Virus record (IMG/VR): IMGVR_UViG_3300032167_000006
Origin: a virus
Lineage: Duplodnaviria; Caudoviricetes
Length of the DNA: 64,000 nucleotides
Direction: 5' to 3' (one strand)
Below, one piece after another: positions 19,943 through 30,519 of the stretch. The notes under the pieces were generated by a model, which was given only the letters and a program-made list of their open reading frames with translations, made no database searches and had not been told where the DNA came from. Made by a program: the position numbers and the translations under genes. How positions within the stretch are numbered: position 1 is the stretch's first letter; each line of letters starts with the position of its first letter.

Positions 19943-20728
19943 TTATATCATACTAGAAGCAATATCATCAAATGTAGATGATTCATATTCTTTAGGAATC
20001 ATACTATTAGCATTATTATTAGTAGTAGAACCAGAATTATTTAAAAATGTCTTATTATTAAATTTAGCAGGATTAGAATTACCACTATTAACTTGAACTC
20101 CGCATTTCTCTGCAATTGATTTAATAAGATTGATTTCATAATCATGTCTATACATGTTAGCTTCCCATACAGATGCTGCTATTGCTGAGCTTGATGCTTT
20201 ATAATATTCATCAAGAGCCATTGCAAATGTATCTAACTCAATATCATCAAACCCTACTGTATCATACTTATTATCTAAATAATTTACAGCACCAGTATGG
20301 AATCCGGCTTTAGTTTGATATACGATTTCATGTACCGAACTATCTTCTGATGCATATGAAATAGAAATACAAGGAGACGGTGAACCATATTCTGTTCCAT
20401 CAGAAACCTTAATAAGACCATTCTTAAGTTCAACACATACATTATGAGTATCTGGTTCATTCTTAAGCTTTTGAATAAGCAAATATAAGATTCTTGCTTT
20501 AACATTTGATACATATACGCTCACAGCGTTATCATTATCATAGGTCGCGAAATCATTATTAGAACCACCATTGTTTCTTGCAGCAATGGCAATTTTCATA
20601 ACTCTGTTGAAATAACTAATGCTAATCTTGGTCTGACCTATAGTTGACTCAGGATTAGAGAAAGAAATACCCGAATATGTTGTACAAGTCGGGGTTCTGT
20701 CATTGTTATTATATGACTTGAATGCCAT
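19943..20728 (-). CDS. Putative ssDNA-binding protein
   Basis: Beta-rich core, Asn/Ser-rich linker and acidic tip (SSTFDDI); inferred from architecture only. Confidence 0.4.
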   Translation of the reverse strand: MAFKSYNNNDRTPTCTTYSGISFSNPESTIGQTKISISYFNRVMKIAIAARNNGGSNNDFATYDNDNAVSVYVSNVKARILYLLIQKLKNEPDTHNVCVELKNGLIKVSDGTEYGSPSPCISISYASEDSSVHEIVYQTKAGFHTGAVNYLDNKYDTVGFDDIELDTFAMALDEYYKASSSAIAASVWEANMYRHDYEINLIKSIAEKCGVQVNSGNSNPAKFNNKTFLNNSGSTTNNNANSMIPKEYESSTFDDIASSMI

Positions 20729-20888
20729 AATTTTTGTCCTCCTTAAAATAAATTATTTATTTGTTAGTGCTTATGTAAATTTGCACAAATTAATGAGAGA
20801 AGCTATAAAGCTTCTCCCAATTAATTAATCATATAAAAATCTTTTACCTCCTTATATACAGAGGTATAATATATCATTTTTTAGTTGT

Positions 20889-22037
20889 TTAGGTCATATC
20901 AGGATAAAATACCTGAATAGCACTATCATATCTATCTCTTACAGTCTGCTCTTTTGCTGCTCTCTGTCTAATATCGTAGAGATCGTTTAAAGCATCCATT
21001 ACAGATTTTCTTTCATCTTCACTAATATTCTCTGCAAGATAATCCTGAAGGATTGTTACATCTGTATTTACCTGACGAATAATATACATTAAATCTTCAG
21101 CAGATTCTGCTGTTCTAAGTCTAAGATTAAGCTCATATATATCATTTTTTATAGAGCGAATACCTTTGATTTTAAAGTCATTAAACTTCTTAGAGAATCT
21201 TGCTTTGATATCATCAATAAATCCTTCATTAAGACCAAGATCTGTTCTGCTCATTATATTTGCAGCGTATGTAAGTTCTCTCTGTTCAAGCTTAGATGCA
21301 GTAAGTTGCTTTGCTTTATTAAGAGTTCTTACAGCTGGTAATCTACGAAGAACAAATTCATTTCTTAATCTTAATACCCAAGATAATGCAATGAAACGAT
21401 CATCTACACTTTTAGCCATATAAGTAGAAGATCTTACAACTTTTCTCATTGCAGATTCTAAATCAGGACCATATCCGCATGATACAACAAATGTATCTGC
21501 AATAGTTTCTGTATTGCCTACTTTAGTAAACAATGAACCCATTTTCACAATAGAGTCTTTAAGAGCATAACCGATAAGTTCTTTATATCCCTTTGAAGCA
21601 TTTAAATCTACATAATCTCCGGTTCTAGCAAAATATAAATCTATCTGAGCTCGTACTTCATCTATAGTAGATGTATCATAAACAATATGACCAACCTCGT
21701 GTAATAATATAGCCGTCTTCTCTCTTTTATTTAATCCAAGCATTGGATCAAATAACTTAGAATCTAACTCTACATAATATTCTTCAAATGCTGATGTTTT
21801 CTTATCCCCTAAGATTTCCATAGCTTTATCGCCATCAAAGATAGGATAAACCCTCATGCCAAAGAAGAGCTTATCAGTATTTACTGTATAAAGAACCTCT
21901 TTACATTTTGCTTTAATAAAGAATTTATTAAGTTCATTTCTAAGTTTAGAAAGATCTGAAGAAGAATGATTATCTTCCATATTAAACATGAGTTTTTCAA
22001 TCATGCCAAAGTTATAATTACTTGCTACTCTTTCCAT
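20889..22037 (-). CDS. Putative virion protein with HEXXH metallopeptidase motif
   Basis: ILLHEVGH...ETIADTF; downstream of the capsid gene under a late promoter. Confidence 0.55.
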   Translation of the reverse strand: MERVASNYNFGMIEKLMFNMEDNHSSSDLSKLRNELNKFFIKAKCKEVLYTVNTDKLFFGMRVYPIFDGDKAMEILGDKKTSAFEEYYVELDSKLFDPMLGLNKREKTAILLHEVGHIVYDTSTIDEVRAQIDLYFARTGDYVDLNASKGYKELIGYALKDSIVKMGSLFTKVGNTETIADTFVVSCGYGPDLESAMRKVVRSSTYMAKSVDDRFIALSWVLRLRNEFVLRRLPAVRTLNKAKQLTASKLEQRELTYAANIMSRTDLGLNEGFIDDIKARFSKKFNDFKIKGIRSIKNDIYELNLRLRTAESAEDLMYIIRQVNTDVTILQDYLAENISEDERKSVMDALNDLYDIRQRAAKEQTVRDRYDSAIQVFYPDMT

Positions 22038-22203
22038 CTATTTTACCTCCATCTATTTTATTTTCTGTAGGAACATTTTTCTTTAATTTATCATCCCAAT
22101 GAGTATATACGCTATTTAAATCATGCATAGGATATGTCATTGGTTTTGAAGGAGATGTTGTATTGGTAATAACAACACCTCTTGTAGTTACAATATTATT
22201 CAT
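22018..22203 (-). CDS. Small hypothetical protein
   Basis: First ORF after the AACA-N6-TA motif at 22230-22241. Confidence 0.5.
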   Translation of the reverse strand: MNNIVTTRGVVITNTTSPSKPMTYPMHDLNSVYTHWDDKLKKNVPTENKIDGGKIDGKSSK

Positions 22204-22343
22204 ATACGTCCCAACTTCCTAAAAGTTTTTATATTATTGTTCAGGAGTTTCAATAACATTAGTGAAATAAATCCAGGATGCCAATTAAGGCATCCTGAAC
22301 TATTATTTATTTAATAAATTAACGACTTCACAATCATTTATTA

Positions 22344-24194
22344 TTAGAGAGTATTCTCAGTTACTTCGTTAGCACCTGTCTCAGGATTATAGTGGCTATA
22401 TACTGAGCCGAGATCATTATTTGAGTACATTGTACCGATAGGATCTACATTAGGGAGGTGCTCACGTAAACCAGAGGGATTAGCAACGAAGAGTCTGCCC
22501 TGAACTTCCTGGAATCCAAAGAACTTGTATCTCTGGAAGGCAGTGAGTGCGGGAAGGCTGGGATTCTCTGCATCTCTGATTTCATTTGAGATATACATCT
22601 GGTAGTCATAGAGACGATAGATAATTCTGTTTGTATTCTTAGGAATAAGAAGTACGATAAGATTATCATTACCAAAGAGCTTATCTGAAGAAATGAAGTT
22701 GTAAACTCTCTTATCTGAAGTAACAACAGTCTTCTTGAAGTCAAGCTCGATAGGACCTACGTTAGCAGGTGTCTGGTAAGCATACTCAACAGGTGTGATC
22801 ATTCTGATAAGGCCAGGACGACCAATGATGTTGATCTGCATGTTAGGATCTCTCAGTACTGTAAGAAGACCTGTGATGAACTGATCCAATGTGTTCATGA
22901 AAGTCTCCTGGAGCCACTGGAGATGTGTGCCGTAGTAACCATCGCGGGGAGCGAAGTCTACAGTCTTAGCAAGCTTATGATCGTTATCAAGGCGAGCAAA
23001 TGACTCATCAAGGTGCTCCTTAATATCATCATCCTTAACGTTCTCCATGATATCCTTAATCATGCTCATGTATTTAGTAACCTGGTTGATGCCATAGAGA
23101 GCACCGATATCCTTAACTTCCTCAGGAGTAATCGGAATGGTGATACCATCATTCTCAGGAATCTGAACGAATGTTGTTCTCTCCTGCCACTCAACACGGT
23201 TTGTCTTAAGCATTCTTGAAGAAGCATCGTAACGAGCTACCATCTTAACAGCCTTAATCTTGCCGCCAGAATTGATCTCGAACATATTCTCCTGCTGTGA
23301 AGCAAAGATTGTGTCGTGGAAGATTTCCTCAACACCGCCCTCGCCAACGATTTTAATATCTACAGGCTTAACGATGATTCTGTTGTACTCACCATAACCA
23401 GGAGTGAACTCAGCTTTCCAAGGTTTCCACATAAGAGCAACGCCAGCCTCTTCAGCGGGAGCCTCTGTGTATGTAACTCTACCAGCTTCATCCTTACCCT
23501 CTGTAAGAACCATATCACCAACTTCAGCATAAGCTTCGATAGCTACAGCACCGATGTGTGTTGCAACTGAAAGATGATGTGAAAGTCTTGATACGTTGAA
23601 GTACTCATCAAGGATGTCGATTGTATGAGCCTCGGGAAGGGGCATAACAACCTCTACCGGCTTATTTGTATCCTTCCAAGCGCCGAAGATCTCATTCTGC
23701 TGATTAGCGATATCAATCTTACGACCATCGGGAGTAACCATGTAACGAGTCTCCATTGTCTCTGTCCAAGCTGGAGCTTTAGCAACGAATCTCGGAACAG
23801 CCTGAGCAAATACACAGTTGAGCATGAGATATTTATGCATGGGGAGCGAGAGACCGATCATCGGATTCCAGCTAGCCATACCAGCTACAGCGTTCTCTCT
23901 AACGGCCTGATAGTCGTTAATAAACGCCTCTTTCATCATGTCAACCTGATCCTGATATTCCTCAGTTGTCATGTGGTTGCGGTCGCCAATAACCGCGTTC
24001 TCTACGAAAAATGACTGCAGCTGATCAACGTTACCCTTGAGTGAGAGAGCACGAGTTGGCTCTGAAGCATAATCAATACCAGATTCTCTGAGAATGTTCT
24101 GCTGTGCCTCAAGGAAAGATGCTGCATATGCGTGCATGGGATTCTTGGCAAAATTACCCATGTTAGGATTTTTTCTTTCACCTACGCTAGGCAT
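22344..24194 (-). CDS. Major capsid protein; likely start MPSVG at 24194
   Basis: About 616 aa; strongest codon bias and highest GC in the window; own late promoter, GGAGG RBS and terminator; near the protease gene; N-terminal propeptide-like segment. Confidence 0.8.
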   Translation of the reverse strand: MPSVGERKNPNMGNFAKNPMHAYAASFLEAQQNILRESGIDYASEPTRALSLKGNVDQLQSFFVENAVIGDRNHMTTEEYQDQVDMMKEAFINDYQAVRENAVAGMASWNPMIGLSLPMHKYLMLNCVFAQAVPRFVAKAPAWTETMETRYMVTPDGRKIDIANQQNEIFGAWKDTNKPVEVVMPLPEAHTIDILDEYFNVSRLSHHLSVATHIGAVAIEAYAEVGDMVLTEGKDEAGRVTYTEAPAEEAGVALMWKPWKAEFTPGYGEYNRIIVKPVDIKIVGEGGVEEIFHDTIFASQQENMFEINSGGKIKAVKMVARYDASSRMLKTNRVEWQERTTFVQIPENDGITIPITPEEVKDIGALYGINQVTKYMSMIKDIMENVKDDDIKEHLDESFARLDNDHKLAKTVDFAPRDGYYGTHLQWLQETFMNTLDQFITGLLTVLRDPNMQINIIGRPGLIRMITPVEYAYQTPANVGPIELDFKKTVVTSDKRVYNFISSDKLFGNDNLIVLLIPKNTNRIIYRLYDYQMYISNEIRDAENPSLPALTAFQRYKFFGFQEVQGRLFVANPSGLREHLPNVDPIGTMYSNNDLGSVYSHYNPETGANEVTENTL

Positions 24195-24286
24195 ACGTAT
24201 TACCTCCAATTTTTTGAATTTTTAATTTTCTTTTAAAGAATAATTATTTATATAAATAATTAGGCTTATATTTAATCCTAAATATT

Positions 24287-24298
24287 TATTATATTGTT
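24287..24298 (-). promoter_or_regulatory. Late promoter AACA-N6-TA (major capsid gene)
   Basis: AACA ATATAA TA; the same motif precedes most structural genes. Confidence 0.8.
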
Positions 24299-24321
24299 TA
24301 CATTTGTTATCTTGTATTTTA

Positions 24322-25302
24322 TCATTTTGAAGTTTTTTGAGTTAATGCTTTAAGCATTGTATTAAGTTGTGTTAAAATAACAAGTGCTTGTTTATAGTAA
24401 GTCATATTTTCTATATAAGTTCTTGTGACATATGTAGTTGTTATAATATAATTTACCATATCTTTAAGTTCTACAACTCTATCAGCAATAAATGTAATAG
24501 GACGAGTATTTGTATATGTTTTAGGAATCTTATTGATACTATCAAATATAGTATTTAAAGTTTCATAAAGCTCAATATAGTTTTTAAGTAACTCAGTATT
24601 TTTTATTGCTAATTGCTGAGGTGATAAATCTGAAAATAGATTTTTCTCCATTCCTGCTAAAGTATTTTCGGTATCATTAGTTTTATCATCTGTAGAATCT
24701 GTATTTTCACCATCAGTTTCATCGACGTTATCGCCTTCTGAATCTACTTCGCCTTCATCATTTTCATCAGTCATTTGAGTATAGTCGGTTGTATCATTAC
24801 CTGTACCGGTATCTGTTTCAGTATCAGTATTATCACCTTCTGAGTCATCTCCGCCCTCAACACTACCTTCATCATCCTCAAATTCATCTTCTGTGAAGTC
24901 TTCTAAATCTCCACCCTCATCAGTATCAGAAACATCATCTGCAGTATCTTCTGTTTCAGTAGTATCTTCAGTAGCCTCATCATCAGTTTCTGTATTATCG
25001 GTATCAGAAACATCATCTGCTTCTGTATCATCATCTTCAGCAGTATCATCTACATCTTCAGTTTCATCATCATCCATTTCTTCTTCTGTATAATCAGTTG
25101 GTTCTACATAATTGGTGAAGTCATCTAAATCATCGCCTTCATCTTCAGCTACTTCATCTTCTGTATCGTTTTCTGTTTCTGTTGCTTCATCTTCAGTTTC
25201 AGGATCTTCTTCCATAGATGTATAATCTTCAGTTTCATCATCTACTTCTTCACCATTTATTTCCAACTCATTAAAATATTTAATATTAGGACCAAATATC
25301 AT
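24322..25302 (-). CDS. Very acidic prohead core/scaffold-like protein
   Basis: About 200 aa of D/E/T-rich sequence with repeated D(Y/F)T motifs, then a helical C-terminus; directly upstream of the capsid gene. Confidence 0.5.
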   Translation of the reverse strand: MIFGPNIKYFNELEINGEEVDDETEDYTSMEEDPETEDEATETENDTEDEVAEDEGDDLDDFTNYVEPTDYTEEEMDDDETEDVDDTAEDDDTEADDVSDTDNTETDDEATEDTTETEDTADDVSDTDEGGDLEDFTEDEFEDDEGSVEGGDDSEGDNTDTETDTGTGNDTTDYTQMTDENDEGEVDSEGDNVDETDGENTDSTDDKTNDTENTLAGMEKNLFSDLSPQQLAIKNTELLKNYIELYETLNTIFDSINKIPKTYTNTRPITFIADRVVELKDMVNYIITTTYVTRTYIENMTYYKQALVILTQLNTMLKALTQKTSK

Positions 25303-25321
25303 TCTATTTCACCTCCAAATA

Positions 25322-27838
25322 TTAATCATTGTCAGTAGATGTATTTGGCACATTTTGTTTATGAATAACGTGCATGTTATATTTAATTCTTTGCTGTTGT
25401 CTTTGAAGGTTTCTTTGAATAATTTCTAACTGTCTTACCTTTTTAAGATCACCCTCATCCTCAGCTTGTCTAATATATCTTTCACACATTTTAAGCTCAA
25501 GATCTATATCATCTACTATTATTTGACGTTCTTTAGCTCTAAGTTTTTTGCTACATGCAAAAGCTCCAATAGCTCCTATAACTGCTACTGCTGGATTAAT
25601 TGCCCATGCAACTCCTGCAGCACAAGCTAACTTAATGCATTTAGATGCTGAAGGTAATATTCTACCTTTAATAACAGCTTCTCTATTATCATTCATCATA
25701 GCAGTTTCCATGCTTTTACTTACATTATTAACAGATACATCAATAGAGTTTGATATTTGTTTGTCTTTATCTTTAAGCTTAATAGCAGTTTTCTTAAGCC
25801 TATCAACAGCAAGTTTAAGAGTATTACTAAAATTAAGTTCCATAATGTATTCTTGTGAGGCATTCATATTAACCATTTCATTTAAACAAGCAAGATAGCA
25901 GCGAATTCCTCTAAGATTATTACTTGTTGCATATACATTTGTATCGGTTTTTAATTTACGAATATTATCATTAAGGCAATCAATTCGTACACAATTTGAT
26001 ATATTGAAATTTTCTCTTAAAGAATCTCTATGTATTTCCATTGCTTCACATAATTTATCTTTTTCAAGAATAACAGGAACTGTAATAGAAAAATCAGCTA
26101 ATGAATCTATGGAATCATTATCTAATTTATATAGATTATTGAAAACGATACCTTCTACATTATCATCTATCAATCCTTCATTAATAGATTCCATAACATC
26201 AGCTATATACACAATAGATGCAGCTTCTTCAAAATCATCATCGTCCCATTCATCATCAAAATCCCAATCATCATCAGAATTATCTACATCAGAACCATAA
26301 TCTGTTGATGTATCTCTATCCCAATTTTCATCATCTGAATAAAGATTATTTTCATAATGCTTGATTTTTTCATAATCCTTTTTTAATTCGGTTAGGTATT
26401 TTTCCAAATCAGCTTTTCTATTTTTATCTGTTGTTTTTTCTAATTTAGCTTTAATTGAATCTATTTCTTTTTCATATGCCTTTATTATTTTTTCAGTCTG
26501 CTTTCTAGATAATGTCATCTGTATGATTTTATCTGTAATAAAAGCTATTAATGCTACTATTGGATGTATATTAATACTAGCTACTATAAATAATCCTCTT
26601 ATGATTGAGAAAAACTTAGGTAAACCATTTACTATTTGATATGGGTTTTTAGCAAACATGCTTGTCACTAAAGATTTTAATCTTGTAATATTATTTTTAT
26701 TATCAGGATCTTTAGCGCAATCCTTTCTAAATTTATTAATATCTTCTAATACTTCAGGATCTATTCTTTCATCAGGATTACCCTTTTTAGCATTTTTAAT
26801 TAAATCTTTAGTCGCCTTTTTAATTTCTTTAGTTTTATCCACAATGGGTTTTAATAATTTTCCTTCCTCATGAAACGGAGAGCAATATGATTCTATTAAT
26901 TCATCAGCACTGCTATATTCATCAGCATAATCAGTACCAAATATTTCATCTTCTGTTTTATCATATAAATAATAAAGAGCCTTATTAAAAGCATCCTGCT
27001 TCATTACTACAGATTTCTTCTTAACTTCATTAATTGCTGATAATTCTTCTTCTCTTATTACTGAAGAAAAAATAAAATAATCTGTAACAGCTTCAATTAT
27101 TTTTTCTGACGGATAATTCATATTATGCTTATTAAGAGCATAATATGAAGTCTCTAAAGCATGAGAATATTTATTTTTAAATGGGATAGTATAAGTATCT
27201 ATACATTCTGTTATTTCCATTACAGCAAAATAAATATCATCGACATTAGTTACTTCAGATACTATTTTATCTATATTAAATCTTTTGCTAATTTTACTAT
27301 AATTTTCAATTATTCTATCACATTCTTGTATCTTTTGGCATTGATCAATTAAAGCATTAAAACTTTCTTCAGTAGCCTGATTTGAATTAGTGATACTTGT
27401 AGTTACAGCAACGCCTTTAGAGGAAAGGGCTTTATTTATTGCATTTATTGAATCTGAAATAGCACTATTAACTGGTTTATAGCCTGCTGTTATTTTAGCT
27501 TTAGCTTTACTTTTCTGATGACTAATACGATGCTTAAATGATCTCATAAGTTGAGAAGCATCCCTTACTTTATCAACATTTTCAACAAGAAATGCGCTGC
27601 ATGTCTTAATAGTTGAAGCATTTTCATTAGCACATACTTCTTCAAAAATATCTAATGCTTTATTAAATGCCTCATTAGAATTTTCTGCTAAAGATTCCCA
27701 ATTCATTATTGAATGGATGGCATTATCTGTACAAAATACATTACTCTCCGTATACAGCCTAGGAATTATTGCAGAACCGGTAATTTTATTACCTTTATTA
27801 CGAATACGTTTAGAAATATCATTATATGTAATATTCAT
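25322..27838 (-). CDS. Large putative internal head/virion protein
   Basis: 838 aa in the head module; late promoter; two hydrophobic segments and coiled coils. Confidence 0.5.
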   Translation of the reverse strand: MNITYNDISKRIRNKGNKITGSAIIPRLYTESNVFCTDNAIHSIMNWESLAENSNEAFNKALDIFEEVCANENASTIKTCSAFLVENVDKVRDASQLMRSFKHRISHQKSKAKAKITAGYKPVNSAISDSINAINKALSSKGVAVTTSITNSNQATEESFNALIDQCQKIQECDRIIENYSKISKRFNIDKIVSEVTNVDDIYFAVMEITECIDTYTIPFKNKYSHALETSYYALNKHNMNYPSEKIIEAVTDYFIFSSVIREEELSAINEVKKKSVVMKQDAFNKALYYLYDKTEDEIFGTDYADEYSSADELIESYCSPFHEEGKLLKPIVDKTKEIKKATKDLIKNAKKGNPDERIDPEVLEDINKFRKDCAKDPDNKNNITRLKSLVTSMFAKNPYQIVNGLPKFFSIIRGLFIVASINIHPIVALIAFITDKIIQMTLSRKQTEKIIKAYEKEIDSIKAKLEKTTDKNRKADLEKYLTELKKDYEKIKHYENNLYSDDENWDRDTSTDYGSDVDNSDDDWDFDDEWDDDDFEEAASIVYIADVMESINEGLIDDNVEGIVFNNLYKLDNDSIDSLADFSITVPVILEKDKLCEAMEIHRDSLRENFNISNCVRIDCLNDNIRKLKTDTNVYATSNNLRGIRCYLACLNEMVNMNASQEYIMELNFSNTLKLAVDRLKKTAIKLKDKDKQISNSIDVSVNNVSKSMETAMMNDNREAVIKGRILPSASKCIKLACAAGVAWAINPAVAVIGAIGAFACSKKLRAKERQIIVDDIDLELKMCERYIRQAEDEGDLKKVRQLEIIQRNLQRQQQRIKYNMHVIHKQNVPNTSTDND

Positions 27839-27914
27839 AGTTTTATACCGCCTTTCCTCAATTATTATTTAATATAAAGTTGAGTAATTTAGGGGTTAAG
27901 GGTTATTATTCTGT

Positions 27915-27926
27915 AACATAAAAATA
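27915..27926 (+). promoter_or_regulatory. Late promoter AACA-N6-TA (protease)
   Basis: AACA TAAAAA TA. Confidence 0.75.
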
Positions 27927-27957
27927 AAAACATTTTTAAGGGAGGTTCTTAAAATTT

Positions 27958-28785
27958 ATGGATAAAATTATTGCTAATATTATCCTTGAAGGAGCCGCTA
28001 CTGTAGAAGATTCTATCATTACAGATGGTAACGGCAAGAGAGTTGTAGCTGAAGGAACTCTCCAGGATATGGACGTTGAAAATAGAAATAAAAGAATTTA
28101 TGCTAAAGCTGATTTAATACCTGAAATAAATGGTCCTAGAATGACAGAGCTTATTAAAGCAAAACAATTCTGCGGTGAATACGGTCATCCTTTATCAGAT
28201 GACTTAGTAAGACAGCAGACTATAGATCCTAAACTTGTTTGTGTTCGTTTTAACAAAGTTTGGGTTGAGGATAATCTTGTTAAAGCTAGATTCCAAGGCA
28301 CTAATAATGATTATGGTGAATATTTTGATAGAGATCTCAGAGATGGTTGTAAACCAGCATTCTCACTTAGAGCTCTTGGTGCTATAGAAAATGTTAGTGG
28401 TAAAGCATATGTTAAGGGTATTAAAATTATCACTTGGGATAGCGTTATTTATCCTTCACATAGAGTTGCTTACACATCAAACATTGTAACAGAATCTACT
28501 ATGGATGGTAAACCATTATTTGAGAATCAAATTGTAGTTCCTAATAATGACCCTGGTACAATTATTACATTAAGAGAATCTGATGCTAGAACGGTCATTA
28601 GCAGACTTCAGAAAGAATCAGCTAATATGGATCTTATTCTTAGCACATTTGATGGTATCTACGATAAGATTAGTCTTGTAAATGAAAATACAATTATGCT
28701 TACTAATGCTATGGGTGGAAAGATTTCAGTTAATCTTGAAAATCATGTACAAAATCTTATTATGGATTATGTAACCAAATATTAA
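27958..28785 (+). CDS. Prohead core protease (T4 gp21-like)
   Basis: NRNKRIY, GEYGHP, FSLRALG, ITWDSVIYPSH. Confidence 0.9.
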   Translation: MDKIIANIILEGAATVEDSIITDGNGKRVVAEGTLQDMDVENRNKRIYAKADLIPEINGPRMTELIKAKQFCGEYGHPLSDDLVRQQTIDPKLVCVRFNKVWVEDNLVKARFQGTNNDYGEYFDRDLRDGCKPAFSLRALGAIENVSGKAYVKGIKIITWDSVIYPSHRVAYTSNIVTESTMDGKPLFENQIVVPNNDPGTIITLRESDARTVISRLQKESANMDLILSTFDGIYDKISLVNENTIMLTNAMGGKISVNLENHVQNLIMDYVTKY

Positions 28786-28804
28786 AAAATAAAAAAATAA
28801 AATA

Positions 28805-28828
28805 ACCCAAGGGAGAAATCCCTTGGGT
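28805..28828. terminator. Bidirectional hairpin between convergent genes
   Basis: ACCCAAGGGA GAAA TCCCTTGGGT. Confidence 0.8.
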
Positions 28829-28834
28829 GTAGTT

Positions 28835-29614
28835 TTATACTTTTTTACACATAAGATTTTTAACATCTGCAGTTATTTTTATAAGTAATCGTTGATTTAT
28901 ATAATCTATTTCATATCTACAATCATACACTCCAGTACACTGATATCTTGATATAAAATTATTATATAATTCTATTGGTATTAAATTGCCATTAAAATTA
29001 ACATCTATTGATTCTTGATTAATTTGAATGGTAATTAATTCATTATTATCTATACAATCTTTTATACAATTATAAAGTCTACTGGCTATATCTTTATTAA
29101 ATCTGCATAAATAATCTAAGCACATAAATATATGATCATGATAATATCTACGTTCATATTTTAAACCTGGTAAATACCAATGTTTAATAAATGTATCATA
29201 TCTAGGTTTATCAAATATCACATCCAGGTTAAATACATTATTAATTTCATTTATATGACTAGATATATATAATAAAGTTTCTAACTCGCATGCATGTTCT
29301 ATGTATTTATTATAATTAGAATCAGCCAAATAAAGTTGATAATTAATCAATTGATCTGTATGATATAATTCATGTATTATAGTAGATAATATGGAAATTT
29401 TTAAATCTATAATATCTTCATTATATCTACTTATTACAACAGGATTTATAGATACAATATTAGGTAATCTAGAATAACCACCTTCATTACTTGCCATTAA
29501 ATTTGCCCAATTAATATCTAAAACAGCTTTATTAATAGGATTAATTCTTCCATTATAATAATTAAATACATTGATTATAAAATCGTTTATTTCTTTATCA
29601 TAGTTATTAATCAT
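28835..29614 (-). CDS. HEXXH-containing hypothetical protein (early)
   Basis: IIHELYH...EHACE; early-type promoter at 29645. Confidence 0.55.
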   Translation of the reverse strand: MINNYDKEINDFIINVFNYYNGRINPINKAVLDINWANLMASNEGGYSRLPNIVSINPVVISRYNEDIIDLKISILSTIIHELYHTDQLINYQLYLADSNYNKYIEHACELETLLYISSHINEINNVFNLDVIFDKPRYDTFIKHWYLPGLKYERRYYHDHIFMCLDYLCRFNKDIASRLYNCIKDCIDNNELITIQINQESIDVNFNGNLIPIELYNNFISRYQCTGVYDCRYEIDYINQRLLIKITADVKNLMCKKV

Positions 29615-29702
29615 TTTAATTCATCCTTTCTAATTTATTATAAATATAATATACAATCTTAGCATAATTTACCGGACAAATAATTAAAACGGAGGTGATA
29701 AT

Positions 29703-30482
29703 ATGCCAGCACATTCAATTATAAGATCTGGTAATCAAATGACTCAATTATTAAATAAAATTGAGCGTAGACTTGGTCTGTCTGTTCTTCCATTACCAGA
29801 AGCTATATCTAAAGATACTTGGCATACTGTAATAGAGGAAGATACTATTCCTACATTTAGTAGATATTTTCCATATAAGATAACTGTTGTTATAGATAAT
29901 ACATGTGAAAAAGATGGTTTCTTTTTCATTGATAAAGATCTTCCTGAAGGATGTAAGATTCTTGGTGTTAAAGATATAGATTGGCAGTCGTATAGATGTG
30001 ATCCTAGATTTGATCGTTATGGAATAAATTTCTCTACTTATGATTTTATCAGTAGAGATTATGGTGTAGATGATGTAGCATTTTCTCAAATGTCTGCTGA
30101 TTATTTAAGCTTATTTAATTTAGGAATATATATTGAATTTGAATATCCTAATAAAATTAAACTTGTATCAGTTAATGGTTCACCAGTATCTAGATATCGC
30201 CCATTCCCTCTTCAGGTATTTATAGAGCATCCTGCTAACTTGATGACTATAAGTCCTACAATGATGGAAACTTTTGAAAAATTAGCCCAAGCAGATATTG
30301 CTACTATGATATATCAGCAACTTAAATTCTATGATAATACTGAAACTGTATTTGCTAATATTGATCTTAAACTTGATGATATCAGATCATGGAGTGAGAA
30401 GAGAGATGATATCGTAAGAGAGCTTGATGAAGCACATGTATCTACAGCTAATGAGTTTGGTTCTTTAATCATGACTGTATAA
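29703..30482 (+). CDS. Putative neck/head-tail connector protein
   Basis: LNKIERRLG N-terminus reminiscent of T4 gp13-type neck proteins; late promoter. Confidence 0.5.
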   Translation: MPAHSIIRSGNQMTQLLNKIERRLGLSVLPLPEAISKDTWHTVIEEDTIPTFSRYFPYKITVVIDNTCEKDGFFFIDKDLPEGCKILGVKDIDWQSYRCDPRFDRYGINFSTYDFISRDYGVDDVAFSQMSADYLSLFNLGIYIEFEYPNKIKLVSVNGSPVSRYRPFPLQVFIEHPANLMTISPTMMETFEKLAQADIATMIYQQLKFYDNTETVFANIDLKLDDIRSWSEKRDDIVRELDEAHVSTANEFGSLIMTV

Positions 30483-30490
30483 AAAATAAA

Positions 30491-30516
30491 TTCCGTAGGG
30501 AGAAATCCCTACGGAA
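30491..30516. terminator. Bidirectional hairpin between convergent genes
   Basis: TTCCGTAGGGA GAAA TCCCTACGGAA. Confidence 0.8.
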
Positions 30517-30519
30517 ATA

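Noticed and set aside
22445-24014. Several ORFs antisense to or out of frame within the capsid gene (and similar ones inside other long genes)
   Set aside because: Shadow ORFs produced by codon bias; no RBS or promoter.
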